Source: an uncultured virus (IMG/VR IMGVR_UViG_3300046786_000613)
Lineage: Duplodnaviria > Heunggongvirae > Uroviricota > Caudoviricetes
IMG/VR virus record: IMGVR_UViG_3300046786_000613
Reading direction: 5' to 3' (one strand)
Length of the DNA stretch: 64,000 bases
The position numbers and the translations under genes are program-made. Shown here in pieces: positions 1 through 9,313 of the stretch (position 1 is the first letter of the stretch; the number at the start of each line of letters is the position of its first letter). The notes beneath the pieces were generated by a model. It had not been told where the DNA came from. It saw only the letters and a list, made by a program, of their open reading frames with translations, and searched no databases.

Positions 1-117
1 TTTCTGAACTGAAAAGGAAAGAAAGAAAAAAGAAAAAGAAAGAAAAGAAGAAGAAGACAAACACCAAAGAAGAGAGAGAGAGAAAAAAAAGAGAACACAC
101 CATAACAAAAAAAAAGA

Positions 118-1065
118 ATGACAGAGAAAAAAAAACACCGCAGACAACCAACTCCGTTAAAAAAGTACAACCGAATCGTTTCCTTATTGGTAAAAGATGC
201 CAAAAAAAGAAAAGAGGACTACGATATAAAGGAAATACGCCTAAAAGCATCCCAATCTTATCAAGAGGTTAAAACCCTCCCGATAAAAAAGATAAACCTC
301 AAAAGAATTAAGGAAAAGCCTGTAAAAAAGGTTGAGGAGCAAGAATTAGAGGTAACGGCAGTAGATGTACCCGATTATTGGTTTGATGACCAAATTAACT
401 TCACATATTGGTGGCAAGTAGGGGAATGGGCGAATAGGTTCGCAAACGCATACCCAAACATCCCTATAATGCTAATTACAAAGGCTACGGAGAGAAATCC
501 ATTAGTAGTACAGGGAGCAACGGGTGAATATGATGGTAGCGTGTTCCAACAATGGGTAGAAAGTATCAGAGATAACCTTCAGTTCCCCGATAAAAGCACG
601 GAAGAAGTAGGAGAGTTTGTAGGAACACCTGCTTACAAAGACAAGAAAGGACAGATTTATGCCGTATGGTTGGAAACGGGGGTAAAGATTCCGAAAGTTC
701 CACCTAAACCAACAGAAATAGAGCCAAGAAAGAAAAAACTCATAGAAGAGGCAGAGGAAAAAGAAAAAGAAAGGTTCGAGGTTGAAAAACCTAAAAAGAA
801 ACGTGGTAGACCGAAAAAAGGTGAGGAAAAGAAACCACTACCGAAGAAAGAGGAGAAAAAGCCTGTAAAGCCAACTAAACCCAAGAAAGAGGAGAAAAAA
901 CCGATTGAAAAAGGTAAAGGAAGACCAACACCTTTAAAAGATAAGAATAGGGCAAAAGAATTGTTACTTGAAGAGTTTAAACTTGGATTGATTAACAAGA
1001 AGGAATATAGAGTTAAAGTTCAAAAAATTGAAGATATGTATGGAGAAGGAGGTAAAATTGACTAA
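118..1065 (+). CDS. Basic Lys/Glu-rich DNA-binding protein with AT-hook; candidate terminal or nucleoid protein
   Basis: KKRGRPKK AT-hook; Lys-rich ends around a globular Trp-rich core; ends in YGEGGKI motif; lies upstream of the PolB-like gene. Confidence 0.45.
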   Translation: MTEKKKHRRQPTPLKKYNRIVSLLVKDAKKRKEDYDIKEIRLKASQSYQEVKTLPIKKINLKRIKEKPVKKVEEQELEVTAVDVPDYWFDDQINFTYWWQVGEWANRFANAYPNIPIMLITKATERNPLVVQGATGEYDGSVFQQWVESIRDNLQFPDKSTEEVGEFVGTPAYKDKKGQIYAVWLETGVKIPKVPPKPTEIEPRKKKLIEEAEEKEKERFEVEKPKKKRGRPKKGEEKKPLPKKEEKKPVKPTKPKKEEKKPIEKGKGRPTPLKDKNRAKELLLEEFKLGLINKKEYRVKVQKIEDMYGEGGKID

Positions 1066-1342
1066 ATCAGTAGATTTCCGTAAAATAATCAATGAGTTTA
1101 ATCCAAATACTCGATTGATTGAAGGATTTGACAAATATATCTTATCAGTTGCTATTAAAGAGGACAAAATAGAGGTATTCTGTTCTCTTTGGAGAATACT
1201 GAATGATTGGATGGTTAATAAAAACCTTTCCTATGAAGATTCTTTAAAAATCCTTGTTGAAATGATAGGAAAAGAAAATTCAAAAAGAAGTGATATAACG
1301 TATTATTTCTACGATGACTTACCAAACCCTCAATTAAACTAA
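1028..1342 (+). CDS. Hypothetical protein
   Basis: ORF in + operon; true start may be the TTG near 1058. Confidence 0.5.
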   Translation: MKICMEKEVKLTKSVDFRKIINEFNPNTRLIEGFDKYILSVAIKEDKIEVFCSLWRILNDWMVNKNLSYEDSLKILVEMIGKENSKRSDITYYFYDDLPNPQLN

Positions 1343-1348
1343 AAAAGT

Positions 1349-1543
1349 ATGACAACAACGATTAAACTCATAAGAAACACAGATGGAATAGTGACTTCGT
1401 TTATCATTGATGACAAATACGAAGTAAAACCCGATGGGAAAGTATATTCACCAAAGTTCTTTCATAAGGAATTGTCCGAATACCCTAAAGACCTGTTCAA
1501 TAAAGACATCAAATCATTAATGAAAGTGCTATGGAAAAGTTAG
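1349..1543 (+). CDS. Hypothetical protein
   Basis: Tightly packed ORF in operon. Confidence 0.55.
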   Translation: MTTTIKLIRNTDGIVTSFIIDDKYEVKPDGKVYSPKFFHKELSEYPKDLFNKDIKSLMKVLWKS

Positions 1544-1728
1544 TAGTATTGAAGATTGAAGGTGACAATGTATTGGTGTGCGGATTCTTTGACTCAAAGG
1601 AACACGCAGTAGAATACTTGACCGCAGTAAAAAAGATGATTGATAACGAATTGCAGAACAATTTGGCAGGTGAATACATTGCGATTCCTGCACTTTATTA
1701 TCATTTGAAACAGGCAGGAGAAAAATAG
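1531..1728 (+). CDS. Hypothetical protein
   Basis: Overlaps upstream ORF by 13 nt, same strand. Confidence 0.55.
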   Translation: MEKLVVLKIEGDNVLVCGFFDSKEHAVEYLTAVKKMIDNELQNNLAGEYIAIPALYYHLKQAGEK

Positions 1729-1786
1729 AAGGAAAAACGCTTAAAACGAGTGAAAAACACTTAAAAACAAACCAAAACCGATTAAA

Positions 1787-2485
1787 ATGATTGTTAACGA
1801 CATCCATACCATTATTGAGAACTACAAACAACTCAAAAAGTCCTTCAAAGTTCGTGAGTCAGCGAATTATGTAGAGTTAATTACGTCTACAGGGCAAAAG
1901 ATTTACCAAAACAAATCCAAACGATTTACAGGGGGATTATACCTATTCGGAATGGTAAAGAAAGACATCCAAAACTATCTTGAAGAGAATGGTGAAGTAG
2001 AACCATACGAGGAGTTGCCTGTGAACTATATCAATAAGGAATTTGACTACAACAAAGACGTAATTGGTATGGATATAAATAACGCATATTGGAGCGTTGC
2101 TTTGCTCAAGGGATATATTACCGAGCATACATACGAGAAAGGCTTGGAAAAGGAAGGTTTGAAGGCAATACGCCTTGCATCTTTGAGTTCTTTAGGTAAG
2201 AGTAGAATTTATAACGTATATGAAAATGGAGAGCATAAGGTTGATGAGAAAATAAAGACCAACGATAGCCTTCAGAATGTTTATTTGGACATCAGATATT
2301 CAACCTATGGAGTTATGCGAGAGGTTGCCCGTGAGTTAGTAGATGACTTTTGCAGTTGGAAGACAGATTGCGTATTCTTTCACGACACAAAAGAGAATAG
2401 AGCGAAGGTTCGAGAAATAATTGAATCGTATGGTCTTGAATGTAAGATTGAGTACAAAAAGAAGTTAAAACCATTGAATCTTTAA
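1787..2485 (+). CDS. Minimal family-B DNA polymerase-like protein (palm only)
   Basis: Motif A-like GMDINNAYW, motif B-like YSTYG and motif C-like WKTDCVFF in correct order; no exonuclease domain. Confidence 0.65.
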   Translation: MIVNDIHTIIENYKQLKKSFKVRESANYVELITSTGQKIYQNKSKRFTGGLYLFGMVKKDIQNYLEENGEVEPYEELPVNYINKEFDYNKDVIGMDINNAYWSVALLKGYITEHTYEKGLEKEGLKAIRLASLSSLGKSRIYNVYENGEHKVDEKIKTNDSLQNVYLDIRYSTYGVMREVARELVDDFCSWKTDCVFFHDTKENRAKVREIIESYGLECKIEYKKKLKPLNL

Positions 2486-2503
2486 CTATAAATTTATCAT
2501 CAA

Positions 2504-2614
2504 ATGAATAATAGAATTAATGCTTTTATGCTTTTCCTACTTTTGTTAGGATTAATGTACATTGCCTTTAGATACCTCATCAACGATTTGATAGAACAAC
2601 TACTACTAAAATGA
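2504..2614 (+). CDS. Small membrane peptide (36 aa, not in ORF track)
   Basis: MNNRINAFMLFLLLLGLMYIAFRYLINDLIEQLLLK, ending just before a terminator. Confidence 0.5.
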   Translation: MNNRINAFMLFLLLLGLMYIAFRYLINDLIEQLLLK

Positions 2615-2640
2615 AAAAAGGGGTAAAAATACCCCTTTCT
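2614..2640. terminator. Bidirectional intrinsic terminator
   Basis: AAAGGGGTA-AAAA-TACCCCTTT hairpin between convergent operons. Confidence 0.75.
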
Positions 2641-2744
2641 ATCATTTAACCGCCTTGTAAGCGTTCATTCTAATTTTGATATACTCTTCTTTTGTTATTG
2701 GTTTGACCTTTTTTGAAAGAATCAATTTCCGTAATTTGCTTATC

Positions 2745-3356
2745 TTATTTTTCATTGAAAAAGAATATCTGAAACAATCTTCCTGTTTCCCTGCTATGAC
2801 CAAAGTAGTCATTTCCCGAATGAATTAAGCCACCATCGAATATTACAAGTCGGTTGAATACATTACCTATTTTATCTTGAGTTTCAAAAGGTGTAGGGTC
2901 TAAATAAGTTGGTTTGTTGAATACGTTTCCATTATCACCAATTGACCAATCTATATCGTTTTTATGAAAGACTTTTGAGTCTTTGTGTCTATAGAAAGTT
3001 GTTCCGCTTTGAGGTGGAGCATCGGGAGTAAGGAATATTAATCCTGCCCATTGTTGTTCGTCACAATGAAAGACTTGAGGCACACCGCCAATACAAGATT
3101 GAAATCTTCCATTTATACCCACATCAAACCATCCAAATCCATTTTCGGTATGGTCGGCTATCGAAACTTGCATTATTTGCTCAAATCGCTCTTTTAAGCC
3201 TTCAAAAAGAAATTGAACACGGGTTCTTTCGCCTACTGCACCTTCGCCTTGAAAATAATGTTGATATAAAGCATATTCCCTTACTGCTAAAGGGTCTTCA
3301 TAGAAGTTATCTACTACGAATAACCTTTTGTCTTGCTTTGAGTTTATTTTGAACAT
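2745..3356 (-). CDS. 2OG-Fe(II) oxygenase (DUF6445-like)
   Basis: HCD...GTTFY...FNRLVIFD..LIHS...RLFQ: HxD...H...R signature. Confidence 0.8.
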   Translation of the reverse strand: MFKINSKQDKRLFVVDNFYEDPLAVREYALYQHYFQGEGAVGERTRVQFLFEGLKERFEQIMQVSIADHTENGFGWFDVGINGRFQSCIGGVPQVFHCDEQQWAGLIFLTPDAPPQSGTTFYRHKDSKVFHKNDIDWSIGDNGNVFNKPTYLDPTPFETQDKIGNVFNRLVIFDGGLIHSGNDYFGHSRETGRLFQIFFFNEK

Positions 3357-3398
3357 TTCTTTACATTTTTATTCATTAAATGTGGCATTTTTTACCCC

Positions 3399-3677
3399 TT
3401 ATCCTTCTTCGGGTTGTTTAAAGGTTTGTTTGTAGTATTTTTCTGCGTTTTCTCCTACACTTACAAGTTTAGAAAGAACCTCTAATCCATAAGGTTTTTT
3501 ATTGGAGCGCATTTTTAAATCAATGTAAGTACCGATTACTAAATCTTTTTTCTGCTCTTGCTCCATTCCTTTGGCTTGTTCAACAATTTCTTTATGAGCA
3601 TTAAGCATAATCTTGAGTGCCTTACTTTTTAGACTTAGTTCTTCAACCAACCATTCTACTGCTGATTTATTTTCCAT
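3399..3677 (-). CDS. Small phage protein (SAVEWL/AKxMEQEQ family)
   Basis: SAVEWLVEEL...QAKGMEQEQ; similar to 7975..8235. Confidence 0.6.
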   Translation of the reverse strand: MENKSAVEWLVEELSLKSKALKIMLNAHKEIVEQAKGMEQEQKKDLVIGTYIDLKMRSNKKPYGLEVLSKLVSVGENAEKYYKQTFKQPEEG

Positions 3678-4084
3678 TAGTCTGCTATTTTAAGTATTAA
3701 ACATCCGTTTTCATCAAGTTTTGGTAAGTATGGTGATTTTATATCACTACCATCTTTATGTTTTAAAGATTTAATAGGTTGCATTTCAATCTCAACTTCA
3801 AACATTTCGGGTTCTTTAAACCAATTTAACTTGGTTTGATTCAACTCTATTGCTTTCTCGTAACCTGCGATAAATCCTTTTTTCAAAGAGATTTGTTTTG
3901 TTGTTCCATCTTTTGGATAAATTTCTTCAGCCAACTTATCAACATCAATCACACCAAATACCTCATCACAATTTTCTTGAGATAATTTGTAGCCTTGTAG
4001 TGATTCGTGAGTTGAACCTATACCAACATTGTTGTGGTATAAATTGTACCAAAATTGGGTCTTTTTAACGAGTATTGCTTTCAT
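3677..4084 (-). CDS. Hypothetical phage protein
   Basis: Translationally coupled ORF. Confidence 0.6.
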   Translation of the reverse strand: MKAILVKKTQFWYNLYHNNVGIGSTHESLQGYKLSQENCDEVFGVIDVDKLAEEIYPKDGTTKQISLKKGFIAGYEKAIELNQTKLNWFKEPEMFEVEIEMQPIKSLKHKDGSDIKSPYLPKLDENGCLILKIAD

Positions 4085-4329
4085 CGTAATGCTTTTTTAA
4101 GGTTTTGTTCTGCTACTTTAAGTTGTTTTTCAAAATAGAAGGTTCTTGACTTTCCTGCACCACAAAAGTTTTCTAAATAAGCGTGTCTTTTATACAACAA
4201 ACGTCTTATTCTTCTTTCCCATTTAATTGCTTCCCAATAATTAAGGGGGTTTTTAGGCATTGAAGTGGTGTACTTATTTTGAGGGGTGGTGTACTTAAAT
4301 CTTGTAGTTATGTACTTATTTTTTGTCAT
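4081..4329 (-). CDS. Basic hypothetical protein with KYxT repeats
   Basis: NKYITT/FKYTTP/NKYTTS; ATGA overlap with next gene. Confidence 0.5.
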   Translation of the reverse strand: MTKNKYITTRFKYTTPQNKYTTSMPKNPLNYWEAIKWERRIRRLLYKRHAYLENFCGAGKSRTFYFEKQLKVAEQNLKKALR

Positions 4330-4579
4330 CGTTTTGGGGAATTAAAAGGTTTACGGATTGCTTTACTTTGTCCAATAAATTATTCAGTTCTTTGGCATCG
4401 TTAAATGAGAATTGTTCGGTTTTAATTACAAAGAAGAAGCCATCTTTTTCCGTTATAGGTAAGTCAGAATTAACTTCAATTTCAATGCTTTCTACACCTC
4501 CCATTGCGTTAGACATACAATGTTCTTCTTGGTCAAATTCAAAGGTTACTTTACTTAATTTGGGGTTATTATCTGCCAT
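4316..4579 (-). CDS. Hypothetical phage protein
   Basis: Coupled ORF in small-gene cassette. Confidence 0.6.
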   Translation of the reverse strand: MADNNPKLSKVTFEFDQEEHCMSNAMGGVESIEIEVNSDLPITEKDGFFFVIKTEQFSFNDAKELNNLLDKVKQSVNLLIPQNDDKK

Positions 4580-4580
4580 C

Positions 4581-4859
4581 TTATTTGTTTGCTTCGTTAA
4601 TAACTTCTGCTATTGTCCAAACGGAGAAGGTAAGTCCTGCAAATAACCATAACCAATGACGAATACCCCAATGCCAAGTTGGATTGTGAGTCATACAATT
4701 AGCATAGTTGCATCCTTTTACATCAACATTGTGTTCATTTACAATGGTAACACCACCTTTACAATGCCAATCACCGAATAATTCGTGGTTTGATTCGGGA
4801 ACAAATGATGCGAAAAACATCACTATGAAGATTGATAAAATTTTCAGTTTACTTTTCAT
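4581..4859 (-). CDS. Two-TM membrane protein
   Basis: Hydrophobic N- and C-terminal segments flanking a Cys/His loop. Confidence 0.6.
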   Translation of the reverse strand: MKSKLKILSIFIVMFFASFVPESNHELFGDWHCKGGVTIVNEHNVDVKGCNYANCMTHNPTWHWGIRHWLWLFAGLTFSVWTIAEVINEANK

Positions 4860-4871
4860 TTTTTGTGTAGT

Positions 4872-5036
4872 TTAAAGTTCTTTAGGTATTTCCATCCAAT
4901 TGTTGACACTACCTTCAAGTGTTGGTTTCCACATATCTAACCACTCTTTTCCATCCCAATAGCACATTTTTATATAGCCATTGTCCATTCTACATAGGTA
5001 TGAACCTTTATAAGTTGGGTTTTCTTTTCCTTCCAT
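4872..5036 (-). CDS. Small DUF551-like protein (54 aa, not in track)
   Basis: ENPTYKGSYLC...CYWDGKEW...VNNWMEIP pattern. Confidence 0.55.
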   Translation of the reverse strand: MEGKENPTYKGSYLCRMDNGYIKMCYWDGKEWLDMWKPTLEGSVNNWMEIPKEL

Positions 5037-5224
5037 CATTGTTCTTGTTTTATTGCTTTAATGTGATTTAATGGGACAAGATATAGATAGTTATTTTTAT
5101 CTAACACTACAATAGCATAAGATTTAGTATCCAATGCAATATATCCATCAATATACCCTGTATCAAATATTTCATAGCCTCCATCATATTCGCTACTACA
5201 AAGTAATTCTACTGCTGTTTTCAT
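5036..5224 (-). CDS. Hypothetical protein
   Basis: Starts MKTAVELL; coupled to neighbour. Confidence 0.55.
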   Translation of the reverse strand: MKTAVELLCSSEYDGGYEIFDTGYIDGYIALDTKSYAIVVLDKNNYLYLVPLNHIKAIKQEQ

Positions 5225-5278
5225 TTTGTTGTTGTTTAGTTATCATTTTGTTGACTCCAACAATATGATTATTTTGTT

Positions 5279-5464
5279 TTAAAATAAATACTTTGATTTC
5301 CCATACATTGTTGATTGAATGGTTGCCCTCAATTCTTCATTACGTCTAAATTTTTTAATACGTTTTTTACAATCGGATTGGCTTCCTTGAAAATAAATTG
5401 TTTGCTCATCTTCGCTTACAATTTGGTACACATCATTGCTTGGGTAAAGGCTAATTATCTTCAT
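5279..5464 (-). CDS. Hypothetical protein
   Basis: ORF in cassette. Confidence 0.5.
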   Translation of the reverse strand: MKIISLYPSNDVYQIVSEDEQTIYFQGSQSDCKKRIKKFRRNEELRATIQSTMYGKSKYLF

Positions 5465-5642
5465 TGTTATTTTGATTAAATGTGATATACTTTTTCAATT
5501 ACAAAATAACCATCTAACCTTCCTATTGCTCGTATGGCATCAGATTCTTCCATAAATTCAGCACAAGTCATAAAAGAACCCCATTCATCATTGTATGATA
5601 AGTATGTATTATCTACAAGATTTTTAATTACATAAAATATTT

Positions 5643-5873
5643 TCATTTTTCTTGTTCTTTAAGTTCTAACTCTTTTGTGAGAATTGCATTCATCTCTTTT
5701 TCTGATTCAAGTTCTGCTTCTAACTGAATAACTCTTTCAAAACTAAACTTGTGTATTCTTTTTTGGTAATGTTCAAGTTGTGCTTGTTGAGATATTGCTA
5801 TTCTTTTTAAGGCATTGAACTGAATACATAACCCATCATAATCTCTTGCTAATTCTATGTTTTCAAAGTTCAT
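5643..5873 (-). CDS. Coiled-coil hypothetical protein
   Basis: Heptad-rich, Glu/Gln-rich. Confidence 0.55.
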   Translation of the reverse strand: MNFENIELARDYDGLCIQFNALKRIAISQQAQLEHYQKRIHKFSFERVIQLEAELESEKEMNAILTKELELKEQEK

Positions 5874-6029
5874 TGTTCTTGTTGTTTAAGTAATTGAAAT
5901 TTGATTCTTACAAAGGGTGTCCACATATACTTTTTGAAGTAAATTCTTTTCTTGACTATTCCCCAAGTGCTTTTGTTATTTACGGAGGTATGCCATTTTC
6001 CAAAGTTTATTAAAATCATAGTTGTTTTT

Positions 6030-6272
6030 TTAGTAGTAACTAAATCCTAATTGATGTTGTGCAAGTTCTGTATCTTCTTCCTCATCACTTTCTAAACCAA
6101 GAGATATGCTTTTACCATAGCACTTACAAGTTGGATTTCCCTCTTCATCTATTCCAAAAGATATAAACCCTGCCGAAACAGGATTCATATTTCTGAAGTC
6201 ACTATGATACATTGCTTCACTAAACACAATAATCTCATTGTGTTTGGTCTTAATGTATTTCGCTCGTGCCAT
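6030..6272 (-). CDS. Conserved phage hypothetical protein
   Basis: IIVFS..HSDF...PVSAGF...CYGKSISLGLES pattern typical of small phage ORFs. Confidence 0.6.
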   Translation of the reverse strand: MARAKYIKTKHNEIIVFSEAMYHSDFRNMNPVSAGFISFGIDEEGNPTCKCYGKSISLGLESDEEEDTELAQHQLGFSYY

Positions 6273-6939
6273 CTTGGTCTTGGTTTTTTAAAAAGTCAAG
6301 TTCTTTCATTACTGATTTCCAATACAATCTATCTTCGGGGTAATGAAGACATTGGCTTTCAATAATTGTGTCTACGGCTATTTTAGCACATTCTAATGCT
6401 GAATCGTAATCCATATTCTCACCATCGGTTTGAACTTCATAGAATCGGTTTACTAATAATTGTGCTTGAAGTCGTGGATTGTAATCATCTTTTACTGATG
6501 GTTCTTCGGCTTCTTCGTCTTCTTCTTGTAATGTACCATCATTTAAAGGGTAATAATCCAAAATATCCAAAGATGTTATGGATTTGATTTCAACTTTGTT
6601 AGATGACCATTCTTCATTTGCTTTGATAACAAATTCTTTTGCTTGTTCAATGTCATTCGCCATCACCAAAAGTTTGTATTTTATTTCTCGGTCATCAACA
6701 TCAATATATTGTTGCTTAACCAAATAGAAATTTTCACCCGAACCAATCATACTATCCACTAAATATGGTTGCATTTTGACGATTTCAAACTGCCCTTTGA
6801 TGTAGTCACCAATATGGGCATAAACTCTTGCCTCGCAATCTGAATAGGATTCTCCTTGAATCAGATACGGCTCTACTACTTGCTTTTGTTTGCCGTTGGG
6901 CATAACTTTCACATACTTTACTTTTACGATAAATTTCAT
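6250..6939 (-). CDS. DUF4494-like protein with C-terminal extension
   Basis: VKVKYVK..NGKQKQVVEPYL...SYSDCEAR matches the Bacteroidota DUF4494 pattern. Confidence 0.7.
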   Translation of the reverse strand: MKFIVKVKYVKVMPNGKQKQVVEPYLIQGESYSDCEARVYAHIGDYIKGQFEIVKMQPYLVDSMIGSGENFYLVKQQYIDVDDREIKYKLLVMANDIEQAKEFVIKANEEWSSNKVEIKSITSLDILDYYPLNDGTLQEEDEEAEEPSVKDDYNPRLQAQLLVNRFYEVQTDGENMDYDSALECAKIAVDTIIESQCLHYPEDRLYWKSVMKELDFLKNQDQDGTSEIH

Positions 6940-7172
6940 TGTTTTTTGGTTTTAAAATTGTGATTTATTATGTTGTTATTGAAGTTTAATTCTCCTTTGT
7001 AATACTTTGTTAGGTAATCTGCTTCAGTCCTATTGAATCTGAATGTAGCACCAAATTTATCGTTCATTGCTTTTACAATTGAATCCCAATCTCGGATGTT
7101 CTTTTGATTCAACTCTGCAACAAATTCGATGATTCTATTAGGCTCTTGTTTCATTTCGTTTGTGTTTCCCAA
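6936..7172 (-). CDS. Hypothetical protein
   Basis: Coupled ORF. Confidence 0.5.
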   Translation of the reverse strand: MGNTNEMKQEPNRIIEFVAELNQKNIRDWDSIVKAMNDKFGATFRFNRTEADYLTKYYKGELNFNNNIINHNFKTKKQ

Positions 7173-7393
7173 ATAGTATCTATTCTGTACTTGTCACAAA
7201 CCTCGTGATTATAAGAAGTAGGAACAATTACTTTCCTAACTAATACAAAACTATGTCTTAGTTCAAAATGACTATCAATACAAGTGTACTTTTTATAGTA
7301 CCTTATTCCATTTTTACGACCCTCCCATTTTGAATGACAAGATGTTAAAATGATTAGAAAACTTAAAATGAATACCTTTTTCATAACTTTCAT
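7151..7393 (-). CDS. Putative lipoprotein
   Basis: MKKVFILSFLIILTSC lipobox. Confidence 0.6.
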   Translation of the reverse strand: MKVMKKVFILSFLIILTSCHSKWEGRKNGIRYYKKYTCIDSHFELRHSFVLVRKVIVPTSYNHEVCDKYRIDTIWETQTK

Positions 7394-7394
7394 A

Positions 7395-7742
7395 TTAATC
7401 GTATCTTTTCATTTCCTCATCAGTTAAAGGTGTATCTCTTTCTTCCCAACTGATAGAATTACTCCAAGTGCCTTCGTGCATTGTAGGTTTATAATACCTC
7501 AATTTTTTTCTTAACTCTTCTCTTCGGGATGGCTTCTCTTTTAATTTGTCAACGACAACAAGCAAAACACCTGCGAATAGACCCATTAATACATAAAACC
7601 TAATTACTCTTAACTTTTGTTTCAAAGTCCGTTCTGAAAAAGGTATTTCAGATAACTCTGCATCCTCGAAGAACCAATGTTTTTTTGTAGGTTCTTGTTT
7701 TGTTTCTTCTTCAAAGAACCACATTTCTTTTGATGTTTCCAT
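7395..7742 (-). CDS. Single-TM membrane protein
   Basis: Central hydrophobic helix; duplicated WFFE. Confidence 0.55.
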   Translation of the reverse strand: METSKEMWFFEEETKQEPTKKHWFFEDAELSEIPFSERTLKQKLRVIRFYVLMGLFAGVLLVVVDKLKEKPSRREELRKKLRYYKPTMHEGTWSNSISWEERDTPLTDEEMKRYD

Positions 7743-7744
7743 AC

Positions 7745-7969
7745 TTATCTAATAGCGTGAATAGGATTACTACAATTTCCTTTATGAGTCAAAATGATAC
7801 CATTCGTTCTTTCACAAAAGAAATACTCACAACCTTCTATTTCTACATCCGTTAATCTAATACTTCCCGTAGCACCTAATTTGTGATTGGTTACTTTTGT
7901 TGTTACACTTGATTCACCACAAGATGTTAATACCATCAACACCATTGCACTTAATAAAATCTTTTTCAT
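7745..7969 (-). CDS. Putative lipoprotein
   Basis: MKKILLSAMVLMVLTSC lipobox; IEGCEY...LTHKGNCSNP. Confidence 0.65.
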   Translation of the reverse strand: MKKILLSAMVLMVLTSCGESSVTTKVTNHKLGATGSIRLTDVEIEGCEYFFCERTNGIILTHKGNCSNPIHAIR

Positions 7970-7974
7970 ATCTA

Positions 7975-8235
7975 TTATGGGATGTAGGTTTCTAAAATAC
8001 CATTAGCCTTGAGATACATTTCACGAAGTTCTTCTTCAGTAGGAAATCGTAATTTTCCACACATATTCCTTACCTCTTCAATGTACTTTAAAAGAGCGTA
8101 TCGTTGCTCTTGCTCCATTGCTTTCGCTTTATCAATAACGTGGTTTGAAAGAAAAGCATCTTTATCCAAAAACCCCATTTCAATTAGGTTTTCAGAAAGC
8201 CAAGTTACAGGCTCGTTTGTTTGAGTGTTACTCAT
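7975..8235 (-). CDS. Small phage protein (AKxMEQEQ family)
   Basis: PVTWL...KAKAMEQEQ, similar to 3399..3677. Confidence 0.6.
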   Translation of the reverse strand: MSNTQTNEPVTWLSENLIEMGFLDKDAFLSNHVIDKAKAMEQEQRYALLKYIEEVRNMCGKLRFPTEEELREMYLKANGILETYIP

Positions 8236-8600
8236 TGTTCTTCAGTTGTGGTAATTGCCTTAATGTATTCTTCCCAACCCATTCTTTGCGCTACAAAAGC
8301 AATTTTAACACAATGTTGTACCATTGCACCCGTGTGACCCATAGATTCTTCGGGATTGTCTTCGTGTAAGCACATATATTCAATAAGAGGTTTAATTGGT
8401 TCTTCCCAAACACCTACTTTCAGATTTCTTACTAAATCAACAAGTTTTTGGTTGTCATCAAGATACTGAACGCCTCTGATTACCATTCTTTGACATTCGA
8501 GTTCATACTCACACGGATTGTTTTCGTCTTCAGAAAAACCGCTTAAAAAATCCCCTACAGGATAGGCATAATTTTTTTTGAATTTTGGTTTGATTTCCAT
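8232..8600 (-). CDS. Hypothetical protein
   Basis: Likely start MEIKPK at 8600 after a CAAACCAAAA leader. Confidence 0.6.
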   Translation of the reverse strand: MEIKPKFKKNYAYPVGDFLSGFSEDENNPCEYELECQRMVIRGVQYLDDNQKLVDLVRNLKVGVWEEPIKPLIEYMCLHEDNPEESMGHTGAMVQHCVKIAFVAQRMGWEEYIKAITTTEEQ

Positions 8601-8729
8601 TTTGATTTGTTTTTGGTTTGTAAATAAATTTGATGTAAAAGTAGAATAAAAAATCAATTCACAAAATTATTTTGTAAAAATATATTGATAATTTAGTATA
8701 TATACCAATTTTTATAGTACATTTACCCT

Positions 8730-8936
8730 ATGAAAAGAAAAGCAACACTACCGCCAATGCCTCAAGGAGTCATAAAACCCGAAGAGGATAGAAAGATTGA
8801 GTTCACAGACATCTATGGGAATACATTCAAAGGTCTTTATATAAAAGATGAGGATATGTTCTTTTTAGGTTTTGGTTTAACAGGTGACTTTATTTATTCA
8901 AGCGACATCCACAATTGGAAATACATCCAATGTTAA
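8730..8936 (+). CDS. Hypothetical protein
   Basis: Divergent ORF followed by a terminator. Confidence 0.55.
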   Translation: MKRKATLPPMPQGVIKPEEDRKIEFTDIYGNTFKGLYIKDEDMFFLGFGLTGDFIYSSDIHNWKYIQC

Positions 8937-8961
8937 CCGAGAAAATTAAAAAGGTATTAAC

Positions 8962-8995
8962 AAAAAAAACGCCCTCACAGAAGAGAGCGTTCTTT
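8962..8995. terminator. Intrinsic terminator
   Basis: A8-CGCCCTC-loop-GAGAGCGTT-CTTT. Confidence 0.6.
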
Positions 8996-9313
8996 CGGTT
9001 ATTAAACCATTGTGCTATTGAATATCGTAAAGGTAAAGAATTGCCACCTAAAATAAAAAACCTCATCGAAATATATTCAAACAATTGACAATTTTTGGTG
9101 ATATTGGCAAATGTTTGTGACAAAAAAAAGTTAAAATTTATGCAGATAATCGGAATAAAACCGATTAACTATATTTTTTGTCGCAAATATCTACTAAATA
9201 TGCGACACAATTATTTGTTGAATTGTGACAGGTGCTATTGTTTATAGTGATTCTTTAGCGAACAGGGTATGGGGTATACACCTTTTGTTGATTTGTTAAT
9301 TCTTGTTTCTATG

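Noticed and set aside
1..97. Purine-rich tract as genome terminus or telomere
   Set aside because: Low complexity and no matching inverted copy in the window; cannot be assessed here
657..998. Phe-rich minus-strand membrane ORF, and similar short antisense ORFs in the track
   Set aside because: Reverse-complement shadows of Lys-rich or longer genes
2745..3356. Prolyl hydroxylase for the collagen fibre
   Set aside because: The collagen tracts contain no proline, and the gene is in the accessory cassette
8890..9123. 77-aa minus-strand ORF
   Set aside because: TTG start, runs through a terminator and overlaps a convergent gene; likely spurious
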